From Gammaproteobacteria bacterium (GTDB taxonomy: Bacteria; Pseudomonadota; Gammaproteobacteria; Eutrophobiales; Eutrophobiaceae), in NCBI GenBank assembly GCA_040905045.1, contig JBBDSH010000073.1:2535-66534 (forward strand): a stretch of 64,000 nt of DNA. Direction: 5' to 3'. Position numbers and translations under genes: made by a program. Below the pieces are notes generated by a model. That model made no database searches. It saw only the letters and a list, made by a program, of their open reading frames with translations, and was not told the origin of the DNA. Below are positions 38,873 to 48,400 of the stretch, one piece after another (position 1 is the first letter of the stretch; the number at the start of each line of letters is the position of its first letter).

Positions 38873-38933
38873 TCAGGCGTGCAGGTTCGGGATAATGTGA
38901 ATAAAGAAAGTATGTTTGATTGTAATTCGTTTT

Positions 38934-40928
38934 TCAGACAATTTCGAACGATTCGATATTCGTCTGATCGTCGAGTTGATCGACCGGCTCGCCTATAAAC
39001 GGTCCCATGGCGTATTCGGCTCCCGTGCCGATGGTCGCCGTTAGTGACATGGCATCTTCAATATTATCGGCAATTATTTGAATCCCCTGGGCTTTCACGG
39101 ATTCAATCGGGAAACCGGCCGCGGCCTCCTGTTCCGGGGAGGGGTCTTCCGCTTCATTCAGGAGTCGGTGGTCCAGCCTGAGGAAGCTGAATCGGCCTTG
39201 GGAACACAGGGAGGTTGCGTCTTCCTCCTTGCCGAGGCCGTTCAGCACAAACCGGAAACCGTGATTTTTTTCCAGGTACGACATGAGGGCGCCGGCGGGT
39301 TTTTGCAACGCGGCGAAGTCGGCGGCGTCGATTTCCAGGGCGATGGATCGTCCCGGCCTGGCCTGATCAAACCCCGACAAAAGATTGCGAAGCCAGTTGA
39401 ACAGGGAAGCGTCCGCCAGGGAGTCCCTGCTGAGATGGATCAGGAAGAGATGGCTGCCGTCGCTGTTGACAACGCGGCCCATGATTTCGCGCAGCATCCA
39501 GCGGTCGATGTGCTGCCGGATATCGGAACTGCCCGTTGCCGGGATGATTTCGTCCGCGCCGGTGATGGTGCCGTCCTTGTTCAGCATTTGCAGGGAAACA
39601 TAATAAGTATCGCCGCTTTCTGCTTCTTCAGAACTCAGCAGTGAAATGATCGGCTGGAATGTCTGGGTGATTCGCTGTTCATCGAAGGCAAGCTTTATCC
39701 GCCGGGCTTCCTCTTCATGGTCCGGTTTCACCGGCTCATCCTGTTCCTGTTCCGTCGGCGGCTTTCCCGCACTTTCTTCCAGCGGGGTGGAGGTGTTCCC
39801 CTCGCTGCCGGTCTGCTCTTCCGTTTTTGGTGTTTCAGGCGCCGGCTTGTCCGCCGATTCCGACGGGGATTCCGTGGCGGGTACCGGTGTTACAGTTTCG
39901 GGCCCGGTTGCCGCGGGCACTTCCGTCCCGGCGGCCGGTGCGGTTTTGTCCGGGCCGGCTTCGCCGCTCTCTTGTCTTGATTGTTCTCCCGCCTGCCCGG
40001 CTGGTTCCGGTGGCCCCCTGAAGATATGGTAGCTGTTACCGCTTTGTTCCCCCGCCCGGGCGCTGCCGACGCGTGCCGTACGGATGACACTTTCGGCGCC
40101 GTCGAATCGATCATCCAGTTGAACCACACCGATACTGACGGAAAACCGGAATTTCCTGTCTTCGTATTTGTACGGCCGCTTCTTGAGATGATTGCATAAG
40201 CCCTGCAGATTAAAATTCAGGGTCTTGTCGGAGCCGGGATCATCAATAAGGAGCGCCACGGATATGTCACTGAACCGGGTGACATAGGGATTGCAGTTGC
40301 CCAGTTGAAAAATATCGTAACTCTGCCTGGCGATATGACGAACGATGTTGTCCCGGATAATGGGTCCCGCCTGTTCCTCAATGAGCTTATTGTTATCCAG
40401 GTTGATCAAAAGCAGCACTCTGTCCGGGCCTTCCCTGGCTTTCTGTTGTTGTTCCAGCTCCTGGTAGAACAGTGCCTTGTTGAAGGCACGGTTTTGTATG
40501 GTGAGTTCGTTGATTCTTTCGCGCTCGGATTTTTTCTTTTCGAATGCTTCGATAATCGCGAGGCGCAATTTGTCCTTGTCCAGTTTTTCCTTGCGCAGAT
40601 AATCATGGACACCGGCCTTGAGAGCACGAACGGCCACTTCCTCATTGCCTGCACCGGTAAGCATGATGGTGGCGGGAAACAGCAGGTTCTTGCGATTGGC
40701 CTGGAGAATGTCGAGCCCGGTTACTCCATGGGGAGAGAGATAATAATCCAGCAACAGTACGTCATATCGGGACCAGTCGAAATCGTCTCCCGGGATGCCC
40801 CGTGCCGCCGGATCGTATTCCTCCAGTTCAACCCCTTCGAACTGTGTGCCGAGATGCGTCTTCAGAAGATTGCGGAAGTCCGCGTCATCGTCGATGAGGA
40901 GTATATGTTTCAGACCGTCTTGTGACAT
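38934..40928 (-). CDS. REC - degenerate GGDEF - Pro/Glu/Thr linker - degenerate EAL protein (FimX-like architecture)
   Basis: ILLIDDD, LLDYYL, MLTG and DYLRK; RFSDIS in place of GGDEF with SVSIGV; FQPI..YVSL, IDRW and IALEI. Confidence 0.82.
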   Translation of the reverse strand: MSQDGLKHILLIDDDADFRNLLKTHLGTQFEGVELEEYDPAARGIPGDDFDWSRYDVLLLDYYLSPHGVTGLDILQANRKNLLFPATIMLTGAGNEEVAVRALKAGVHDYLRKEKLDKDKLRLAIIEAFEKKKSERERINELTIQNRAFNKALFYQELEQQQKAREGPDRVLLLINLDNNKLIEEQAGPIIRDNIVRHIARQSYDIFQLGNCNPYVTRFSDISVALLIDDPGSDKTLNFNLQGLCNHLKKRPYKYEDRKFRFSVSIGVVQLDDRFDGAESVIRTARVGSARAGEQSGNSYHIFRGPPEPAGQAGEQSRQESGEAGPDKTAPAAGTEVPAATGPETVTPVPATESPSESADKPAPETPKTEEQTGSEGNTSTPLEESAGKPPTEQEQDEPVKPDHEEEARRIKLAFDEQRITQTFQPIISLLSSEEAESGDTYYVSLQMLNKDGTITGADEIIPATGSSDIRQHIDRWMLREIMGRVVNSDGSHLFLIHLSRDSLADASLFNWLRNLLSGFDQARPGRSIALEIDAADFAALQKPAGALMSYLEKNHGFRFVLNGLGKEEDATSLCSQGRFSFLRLDHRLLNEAEDPSPEQEAAAGFPIESVKAQGIQIIADNIEDAMSLTATIGTGAEYAMGPFIGEPVDQLDDQTNIESFEIV

Positions 40929-40999
40929 GGAGCCGTATTTCCGTACTGTTGAATCAGTGCCTGATAATCCAGGCAATATAAAAAATTGCTGCGGATAAA

Positions 41000-41857
41000 T
41001 TATACAATGCTTTGATGATCCAGGTGCGGTATTCGCAGGTATTCCTCCAGGATACTCAACACTCTGCCGCATTCGTCATTGATCTTGAGATCGTACAGAT
41101 CATCGCCACGCGTTCGGCCGAAATTGATCGCCGCTACGGGTATGCCGCGTCTTGCCGCTTCACGGCAGTAACGATAACCGGAAAATACCATGAGTGACGA
41201 ACCTGCCACCAGCAGGCAGCCGGCTTTTTTCAGAACCTCGTGGCAGCCAGCACGGCGTTCAGAGGGAATATTTTCTCCGAAGAAGACCACGTCGGGTTTC
41301 AGGATGCCGCCGCACTGCATGCAGGCGGGTACATTAAATTCCGAATAATCCCGCTCTCCGAGCAATGCGTCTCCGTCCGGTGCAACGGCGGTTCTTTCCT
41401 GCAGAAAGTCATGGTTTGTCTCCAGCAGCCATTCCTGAATACGGGACCGTGAATACAGTACTCCGCATTGCAGACAGATGACCTTTTCCAGATTGCCGTG
41501 CAGTTCGATTAAATTGCGACTGCCCGCCTTACGATGCAGGCCGTCCACGTTCTGGGTTATGAGGGTATGGACATGACCGCTGTGTTCCAGCCTGGCCAGG
41601 CTTTGATGGGCAGGATTGGGCCGGGCCGTCTCGATACGATGCCAGCCGTTCATGCTCCCGGCCCAGTAGCGCCGGCGCACATGAGCCTGCTTGACGAAAT
41701 CCCCGAACATGACCGGCTGCCGTTGCTTCCAGTCGCCGTTCTCGTCCCGGTAATCCGGTATGCCGGAGCGGGTGCTGCAGCCGGCGCCGGTCAGAACCAG
41801 AGCGGGACCGTTATTGCCCAGCATCTCCGCCAGCCTTTCAATGGAAGTCATATCCAT
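41000..41857 (-). CDS. NAD-dependent protein deacylase, sirtuin (class II / SIRT4-like)
   Basis: [34 protein letters not shown], CxxC...Cxx[11 protein letters not shown] and GSSLMVFSG. Confidence 0.93.
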   Translation of the reverse strand: MDMTSIERLAEMLGNNGPALVLTGAGCSTRSGIPDYRDENGDWKQRQPVMFGDFVKQAHVRRRYWAGSMNGWHRIETARPNPAHQSLARLEHSGHVHTLITQNVDGLHRKAGSRNLIELHGNLEKVICLQCGVLYSRSRIQEWLLETNHDFLQERTAVAPDGDALLGERDYSEFNVPACMQCGGILKPDVVFFGENIPSERRAGCHEVLKKAGCLLVAGSSLMVFSGYRYCREAARRGIPVAAINFGRTRGDDLYDLKINDECGRVLSILEEYLRIPHLDHQSIV

Positions 41858-42026
41858 GCCCGGTATTGTCCGGTTTCAAGAGGGCAGTGCAACCGCTATA
41901 CCGCAGGCCGGAACCGATTGCCATACGTTTGCATATTATGGCCGTTTTGTATAACCTTCGCGCCTTTCCGGCATCCCCGCCGCAGGTTACAATCGTCGGC
42001 AGACTGGCCCGCTGGTATTATCAATA

Positions 42027-42082
42027 GTACTCGTGGCTGGTGGTTAGTGGCTTGTAACTTGTGACTTGTAACTTGTAACTGC
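42027..42082. repeat. Heptamer array (CTTGTAA-type) just upstream of the tRNA
   Basis: cttgtaa cttgtga cttgtaa cttgtaa. Confidence 0.8.
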
Positions 42083-42088
42083 AGTATT

Positions 42089-42179
42089 GGAGAGGTGGCC
42101 GAGCGGTCGAAGGCGCACGCCTGGAAAGTGTGTATGGGTCAAAAGCCCATCGAGGGTTCGAATCCCTCCCTCTCCGCCA
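42089..42179 (+). tRNA. tRNA-Ser (anticodon GGA)
   Basis: Acceptor GGAGAGG/CCTCTCC-G-CCA; anticodon arm cacgc-ctGGAaa-gtgtg; long variable arm atggg-tcaaaag-cccat; GTTCGAATC T-loop. Confidence 0.97.
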
Positions 42180-42187
42180 AATACAAA

Positions 42188-42215
42188 CAGGGGCCTTGCG
42201 CCCCTTTTTGTATTT
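42188..42215 (+). terminator. Terminator after tRNA-Ser
   Basis: aggggc-cttgc-gcccct hairpin followed by a T-tract. Confidence 0.8.
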
Positions 42216-42378
42216 GTTGATGGAATACCGAAGGAAAAACCCGTATCCCGTGCCTTCTGCTTGTAACGCAATGTCTTTTCCGGCATCACAGTTGTAATAA
42301 CATTCCGATTCATCCTGAAAAACTGGTTGGAAAAGGTATTCGAGTCGGTAATTACGATTGTATTTCGGGGAGGAGAGT

Positions 42379-42957
42379 ATGCAGCCTGTAATTCGAAGAA
42401 TCATATACATACTTCTGCCTGTCGTATTGTGGCCGTCGGCAGCACTGTCGGATGAAGGGGCGCCGCCGGATAATGCGTCAGAAATGGAAAAGAAGGAAAC
42501 TCGTGCAATGGATAATGAGCGGTTGCAGCGGCTCATCCGGCGAGTCGATCCCGAATTCACCGGACGCCCCGGGCTGTGGCAACTGCAGGTTGCGGGTATC
42601 GGTGTCCGCATTGTCACGGATCCGAAGAATGACCGCATGCGGATTTTAATCCCCATACGCGAGACCGATGATCTCTCCAGAGACGACCTGTACCGCCTGT
42701 CCCAGGCCAACTTCGATACCACCCTTGATGCCCGCTACGCCATCGCTCAGGGTGTGCTTTGGAGCAGTTTTGTGCATCCACTGTCATCATTAACCGACGA
42801 GGAGTTTCTTTCCGGTCTCGGTCAGGTAGTCAATATCGCCCGGACCTACGGAGAAACCTATTCGTCGGGGTTACTGAATTTCAGTGGCGGAGACAGTGAA
42901 AATATCATTGAACGCGAGTTGCTGGAGGAATTGAAAAAGAAAGGCGAGTTGATTTAG
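42379..42957 (+). CDS. Exported hypothetical protein, possible YbjN / T3SS-chaperone-like fold
   Basis: GGAGGAG RBS; signal peptide; RMRI..PI, ANFDTTLDARYA and TYGETYSSG. Confidence 0.65.
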   Translation: MQPVIRRIIYILLPVVLWPSAALSDEGAPPDNASEMEKKETRAMDNERLQRLIRRVDPEFTGRPGLWQLQVAGIGVRIVTDPKNDRMRILIPIRETDDLSRDDLYRLSQANFDTTLDARYAIAQGVLWSSFVHPLSSLTDEEFLSGLGQVVNIARTYGETYSSGLLNFSGGDSENIIERELLEELKKKGELI

Positions 42958-43003
42958 CCCGATTTTTTACCTCCACTTCGCGCGACCTCGTGCAATATGC
43001 GGG

Positions 43004-43858
43004 TTAGCTCCGCCGTTTCCGCAACAGCCCTTCCTGCGCCACCGAAGCCACCAGCCGCCCGTCACGTGAATAGATCTTTCCCCAGCTCAACCCGCGGGCA
43101 TTGTTAGCGTTGGGGCTCTGAATATCGTAAAGCAGCCATTCATCCATCCTGAACGGGCGGTGAAACCACAGGGCATGATCCAGGCTGGCACCGAACACCT
43201 CGTGGCGCGGATTGGTGATACCGTGGGGCCGCAGGGCCGTGACCAGCAGTTCGAAATCGGAAGTATAGGCGAGCAGGGCCTGATGGATCCTGTTGTCATC
43301 CGGCAGCGGGATGGTTGATTGGAACCAGTTCCGGCTGATTGCCTCAGTTTCTGTTGCATCGTCGCGTTGGAAGGGAATGGGGCGAATCTCCACCGGCCGT
43401 GAAACCACCAGCGCTTCCGGCAGCCGGGCATCCCGGCCTTTATTGAGCTCCTGCTGATTCTTGAGTTCCTCCGGTCCGGGAACATCGGCGGGGAAGGGAT
43501 CCTGATGGTCGAATCCTTCTTCCGGGACCTGGAAGGATGCCGACATGTCGAATATGGGACGGCCGTGCTGAATGGCCAGTATATGACGCGTGGTGAAGCT
43601 GCCGCCGTCACGGATGCGGTTAACCTGGTAGACCACCGGTGCCGAGGCGTCACCGGGCCGCAGGAAATAGGCATGGCAGGAATGGGCGATGCGGTCCGTT
43701 TCCACGGTATTCGAGGCAGCCATCAGAGCCTGTCCCAGTACCTGTCCGCCGAACAGGTTGGGCAGTCCCAGGTCATAGCTGCTGCCGCGGAAAATATTTT
43801 GTTCAATGCGTTCCAGTTCAAATATCCGTAACGCATCCGAGTTTTTCAATGGATTCAA
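43004..43858 (-). CDS. tesB: Acyl-CoA thioesterase II
   Basis: LFGGQVLGQAL, HAYFLRPG, RDGGSFTTR, ASLDHALWFH and SVAQEGL. Confidence 0.95.
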   Translation of the reverse strand: MNPLKNSDALRIFELERIEQNIFRGSSYDLGLPNLFGGQVLGQALMAASNTVETDRIAHSCHAYFLRPGDASAPVVYQVNRIRDGGSFTTRHILAIQHGRPIFDMSASFQVPEEGFDHQDPFPADVPGPEELKNQQELNKGRDARLPEALVVSRPVEIRPIPFQRDDATETEAISRNWFQSTIPLPDDNRIHQALLAYTSDFELLVTALRPHGITNPRHEVFGASLDHALWFHRPFRMDEWLLYDIQSPNANNARGLSWGKIYSRDGRLVASVAQEGLLRKRRS

Positions 43859-43961
43859 CGGGAATACTCCTTTCGTTTACAGCCATTCAACTATAATGAC
43901 CGTCGGATAGGTATTGTCGATTTTGTCTCTCATGCGCGTGGATTCCGCGTAACGCAACAGA

Positions 43962-43999
43962 TTGACAGATTGCCACTATGATCACAGAATGTAATCATA
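43962..43999 (+). promoter_or_regulatory. Sigma70 promoter overlapped by a TATGATCACA operator pair
   Basis: TTGACA at 43962-43967; boxes tatgatcaca (43977) and tgtaatcata (43990). Confidence 0.7.
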
Positions 44000-44204
44000 A
44001 ATTATGGACGTAATTCACATTATACTGCTTCGGGCCGGACTCGGCGCAGTCAATCAATTCGTCCCGGATTGATACCTGTATTCCGCTTGCCATGAAGATT
44101 CCCGGGTTTCTGTCGTCGCGACATGCAGCCAATACGGCCATGAACGGCCGGGCGCTTGCCGGTCAGGGTTCCAACACATTCAAAATCATGCAATGTAAAT
44201 CACT

Positions 44205-45644
44205 ATGAAGACACTAATCGAGCATCTTGATTTTATATTCACCGTCGACAAAGAGGATACCCTCCTCCATGACGCCGCCGTTGTTGTGGAGGATGACAGG
44301 ATTATCGACCTCGGGCCGACGAGAGACGTTCTGGCGAGACATGACAGGGACAGTTTTGCGACGACAAAAGACGGCACCCTCAAGGGCATGTGCCCTGGAT
44401 TCATCGATTCCCACGTGCACTTGTCAGAGACCCTTTCCAGGGCGGTTTTCCCGGATAACCTCAATACCCGTGCCTGGGTCTTTCACTGGGCAAAACCCTT
44501 CTATGCTCATATCACCGAGGAAGATGAATACTGGGGGGCGTTGCTGGGTATCACTGAAATGCTTCGGGCCGGCACCACCTGTTTCCTGGACATGGGGTCT
44601 CAATACGATCCCGGCATTACCGTCAAGGCCATGGAAAAAACCGGTATGCGCGGAATTACCGGAAGGCATGCGGCGGATAATCCCCCCGAAGTACTGCCCA
44701 GGGGTTGGGACGAGGATATGGTCAGGCATCATTTTTTCCGTGACGCCCGCACCGCCCTCAAGGAACTGGAATCCTGTGTTGAAAAATACCACGGTGCCCT
44801 TGATGGACGGGTACGCTGCTGGGTCAATATTGAAGGCAAGGAGCCATGCACGCTGGAACTCCATGTGGGGGCGCGCGATCTGGCGGAGAAGCTGGGGGTC
44901 GGCACGACCTACCATCTGGCCACCAGTATCGAAGAGGCCCACGTCTGCGAGAAAAAGCATGGCGTGTGGCCCATTACACGTATCGAACAGGCCGGCGGCC
45001 TGGGTAATAACCTGGTGATCGCTCATGGTGCCGCGGTCAGGGACGAGGAGATCAATACGCTGGCCGATTATCAAACCAAGGTGGCGTTTTGCCCGTCTTC
45101 TTCTTTCAAATTGGGCAAGGGTGCCACCTCAATCGGTAAATACCCGGAAATGGTTCAGGCCGGTGTCACTGTCGGTCTTGGCACCGACGGTGTTTCCGCG
45201 GCCGGTAATCTCAACCTCATGCGCCAGATGTTCCTGGTGGCGGGGATGTTCAAGGATGCCCGCGTCCAGCCGGACATCTTTCTGGCTCGCCAGGCATTGC
45301 GGGCAGCCACGATCGAAGGCGCCCGGGCTCTGATGTGGGACGACGAAATCGGTTCCCTGGAGATTGGCAAGAAAGCGGATTTCATTCTCTTCGATCTGGA
45401 TAACATCGAATGGACGCCATACCATGATCCGTTACAGGCTCTGGTGTTTTCGGCATCCAGTAGCACCATTGAAGAAACCTGGGTCAATGGGATGCCCCTG
45501 TACGAGAACGGGCAGGTGAATAATCTGGATGAACGGGATATCCGCCGACAGGCGCGCAGGCTGGCCGCGGAAACGGTCAGGCGTGCCGGTCTTGATGAGG
45601 GCAATGTCCCGGTGACCACCACCCTTTACGACTCGGGCAATTAA
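44205..45644 (+). CDS. Amidohydrolase family protein (MTA/SAH deaminase / Atz-Trz-like)
   Basis: PGFIDSHVH, EMLRAGTT, YHLAT, AHG, FCPSS, LGTDG, AATIEGA and GSLEIGKKAD. Confidence 0.9.
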   Translation: MKTLIEHLDFIFTVDKEDTLLHDAAVVVEDDRIIDLGPTRDVLARHDRDSFATTKDGTLKGMCPGFIDSHVHLSETLSRAVFPDNLNTRAWVFHWAKPFYAHITEEDEYWGALLGITEMLRAGTTCFLDMGSQYDPGITVKAMEKTGMRGITGRHAADNPPEVLPRGWDEDMVRHHFFRDARTALKELESCVEKYHGALDGRVRCWVNIEGKEPCTLELHVGARDLAEKLGVGTTYHLATSIEEAHVCEKKHGVWPITRIEQAGGLGNNLVIAHGAAVRDEEINTLADYQTKVAFCPSSSFKLGKGATSIGKYPEMVQAGVTVGLGTDGVSAAGNLNLMRQMFLVAGMFKDARVQPDIFLARQALRAATIEGARALMWDDEIGSLEIGKKADFILFDLDNIEWTPYHDPLQALVFSASSSTIEETWVNGMPLYENGQVNNLDERDIRRQARRLAAETVRRAGLDEGNVPVTTTLYDSGN

Positions 45645-45678
45645 AAAAATGGCTGCATGGCAAAGACCATGCAGCCAT
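45643..45678. terminator. Terminator between the convergent amidohydrolase and TBDR genes
   Basis: 12-bp perfect stem atggctgcatgg/ccatgcagccat with a flanking A-tract. Confidence 0.85.
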
Positions 45679-45705
45679 CATGGACTGCTCTCCGTTTCCG
45701 TTAAA

Positions 45706-47928
45706 TCAGAAACGGTATTTCACACGTCCGATCACCTGCCTGGGCGGCACGAAACTCTGAACTGTCGCGCCGATGCCAAAGGCGTCGGTGAATTGCCCCT
45801 GTATCGCATCGTCGTTGTCCGTCAGGTTGTATACGGACAGGCTGGCTTCCCAGGGCTGGTTGGCCGGTTCATACTGCAGGTACAGATTGAAGATGCTGTA
45901 AGACGGTACCTTGTCGATGACCGGGTCATTGAAGTAACGGTGGAAGAACTCACCCCGGTGCTTGAACTGGAAGGCTGAATTCAGAGTACCGTATTTTCCC
46001 AGTGCCAGCGCATGCCGTAACGTGATATCCAGCGTCACATCGGGGGACTTGGCCAGTTCGTTGCCCTTCAGATTCTGAATCTGCGCCGCCCGGCCCGGCT
46101 CATTGAATGTGCCGGCGGATTGCGCGGCCACGTTATCAAGCTGGAACGCGTCGGCGGTAATCTCCGTATCCAGGTAAGAGGCAAGTATTTCGAGGCGGAG
46201 ATTATCCGTCAGGAACGCCGTGAATTCGCCTTCCAGCCCGATTGACTCGGATTCGGGCAGGTTGGTGACGCCCCCGGAGAAGGGGTCCGGGTCCGTGCCC
46301 ATCAGCTGGGCATTATCGAACTGGTAAAAGAAGGCCGCGACATTGGCGCGCAGACGGCCGTCAAGAAAATCTCCCTTCATACCGATCTCATAGGCATTGA
46401 CCGTCTCGGATTCAAAGGTGGGCTGCACAATGGCCGGTATGCCGTCGGTGTCGTCGCCAAAGGTCAGGTTGATACCGCCGGGCCGAAAGCCGCGCGACCA
46501 GGTAAAGTAAGTCATGATATCCCTGCTCAGATCCCATTCCAGTCCGGCTCTGCCAGTCACGGCCGTATCCTCCGTTTTGAAAAGGGATGCGGGATTGAAG
46601 AATACGACACCTCTGATTCGCTCCAGCGTATCGTCGGTATAACGGATACCGCCAATCAGGCGGAGTCTGTCGTTAAAATGAAACGTACCCTGACCATAGA
46701 CAGACCAGGAGCGTCGTTCCTGCAGGGACGCGGCCTGGAACGACAGGACGTTAAAGGCGCCGGTATTCGGCGGGAAATCGAGAAATTCGATGAAATCCTG
46801 CTCGGTTTCATGATTCAGATAGAAAAATCCCGCCAGCCAGTCGACCTTGCCGAATAACCGTTCATTGGAGATAAGGTTGATCTCTTGGGTCACGGTCTTG
46901 CGAAGCTGGGCGTTATCGGCGTTATCCTGGACAGAGGGACCCACCACGGCGGGGTCGGTCCTGTCATTGTCGCGTTCTATGTCCTGATCTTCCCACTGAT
47001 AACTTGTAATAGATTTGAATGTCGCAACGGGAAGCTCCCACTCGATAGTGCCGTGAACGGACCAGGTATCCAGTGCATAGAGTGAACGCCTGTCCTGGGC
47101 GACCCGTCTCGGCCCCGGGGTCGGGTCGACGATGCTCTTTGCCGCGGCGCCGTTGGCGCGGCCGTGATAATAATCGCCGCCGATGGTAATGCTCAGATTA
47201 TCGGTCGGTTCCCACAGCAGCTTCGTGCGTCCCATGATATCGTCGGCATCATCCAGATCCTGGCCGTTGGAAACATTTTTCGTAAAGCCGTCATGAGCGT
47301 AATGCCTGAAGGCACCGCGCCAGGCCAGGTTATCGGTTAACGGTACGTTCAGGACGGCATCAGCCTGGACCGTGTCGTAATTGCCATAGGAAAAACCGAC
47401 CTCGCCCTTGACTTCGTCAAACTCAGGGTCCTTGGTAATAACGTTGATGGAACCGCCGATGGAATTCTGGCCGTACACCGTCCCCTGGGGACCACGCAGG
47501 ACCTCAATGCGTTCGACGTCGAGAAATCCCGTATCCATGGAGAAGGGCGCTGCGATATAGACGCCATCCACGTGATAGGAGACACCGGGTGTGGCGGAAC
47601 CGTTCTGGTTGGCTTCCTGGCCGATGCCCCGGATGGAGACAATCGTTCTGAAGCCCTCGTTGCGGGTGGCATTAAAACCGGGCGCGACGCTGGTCAGGTC
47701 GATCACGGAGACAACATTCTTGACCTCAAGATCCTGTTCCCGGACAGCTGAAACAGACAGGGAAATATCCTGCAGGCTTTCTTCCTTCTTCTGGGCGGTA
47801 ACGACGACTTCTTCCAGACGGGCCTGGGAGGCGCTGGTCTGTGCCAGAGTCGTAAATGGTTGGAACAGGCAAATGATCGTCGAAAGCGGGATCAGATGCC
47901 GGAGTCGGAATGTTGAGATTATCATCAT
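45706..47928 (-). CDS. TonB-dependent receptor
   Basis: Signal peptide, LEEVVVTAQK, IRGIG, ERIEVLRGPQGTVYGQN, and C-terminal YRF. Confidence 0.95.
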   Translation of the reverse strand: MMIISTFRLRHLIPLSTIICLFQPFTTLAQTSASQARLEEVVVTAQKKEESLQDISLSVSAVREQDLEVKNVVSVIDLTSVAPGFNATRNEGFRTIVSIRGIGQEANQNGSATPGVSYHVDGVYIAAPFSMDTGFLDVERIEVLRGPQGTVYGQNSIGGSINVITKDPEFDEVKGEVGFSYGNYDTVQADAVLNVPLTDNLAWRGAFRHYAHDGFTKNVSNGQDLDDADDIMGRTKLLWEPTDNLSITIGGDYYHGRANGAAAKSIVDPTPGPRRVAQDRRSLYALDTWSVHGTIEWELPVATFKSITSYQWEDQDIERDNDRTDPAVVGPSVQDNADNAQLRKTVTQEINLISNERLFGKVDWLAGFFYLNHETEQDFIEFLDFPPNTGAFNVLSFQAASLQERRSWSVYGQGTFHFNDRLRLIGGIRYTDDTLERIRGVVFFNPASLFKTEDTAVTGRAGLEWDLSRDIMTYFTWSRGFRPGGINLTFGDDTDGIPAIVQPTFESETVNAYEIGMKGDFLDGRLRANVAAFFYQFDNAQLMGTDPDPFSGGVTNLPESESIGLEGEFTAFLTDNLRLEILASYLDTEITADAFQLDNVAAQSAGTFNEPGRAAQIQNLKGNELAKSPDVTLDITLRHALALGKYGTLNSAFQFKHRGEFFHRYFNDPVIDKVPSYSIFNLYLQYEPANQPWEASLSVYNLTDNDDAIQGQFTDAFGIGATVQSFVPPRQVIGRVKYRF

Positions 47929-48066
47929 AGATTGGTCTCTCTTTAGGAATATTATGATTGGTTTGTATTATTCAACCACAAGTAGCTGTTTTATAAATGC
48001 AACAGGCGTTGAATAATAACCCCTTTAAGCCAATAGTCTCGCAATGTATCTTTTGAACAACACCAT

Positions 48067-48102
48067 TGCAATCATATATTGTAATCTAATTATGTGATCA
48101 TA
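48067..48102. promoter_or_regulatory. Three operator boxes at 13-bp period upstream of the TBDR
   Basis: tgcaatcata (48067), tgtaatctaa (48080), tgtgatcata (48093). Confidence 0.65.
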
Positions 48103-48248
48103 AAAATGTTCCCACAAGTATTTTCGAGTTTAAGTCCCGGTTATCTTCAAATCAGATTTGAAGGGTTTCCAGGCAATCGGCTGGTGATTTGACCGATTGC
48201 TGTATGAATGCAGTTTTATAGCTGGTTCGGGAACCGGTACTCATTATC

Positions 48249-48281
48249 TTGACACTAATGAGATCACAAAATATGATCACA
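48249..48281 (+). promoter_or_regulatory. Sigma70 promoter with operator pair upstream of the Rieske oxygenase
   Basis: TTGACA (48249) - 17 bp - TATGAT (48272); boxes tgagatcaca (48259) and tatgatcaca (48272). Confidence 0.75.
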
Positions 48282-48400
48282 ATATAGCATGGATTTCAAT
48301 CCATTTTGTTCCGGTTTTCCAGTGTGTCTTGTCTCAACCGTATTCGCGCGGGCACGATGCTTTCGTAACACATGACCTGAATAACAGGAGTTTTATACTA

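Noticed and set aside
41000-41857. Sir2 protein as an anti-phage NADase
   Set aside because: Canonical Zn-binding class II sirtuin of normal length with no defence partner genes.
48197-48400. Upstream extension of the Rieske ORF
   Set aside because: It covers the promoter/operator; an AGGAG RBS and family-typical start lie at 48401.
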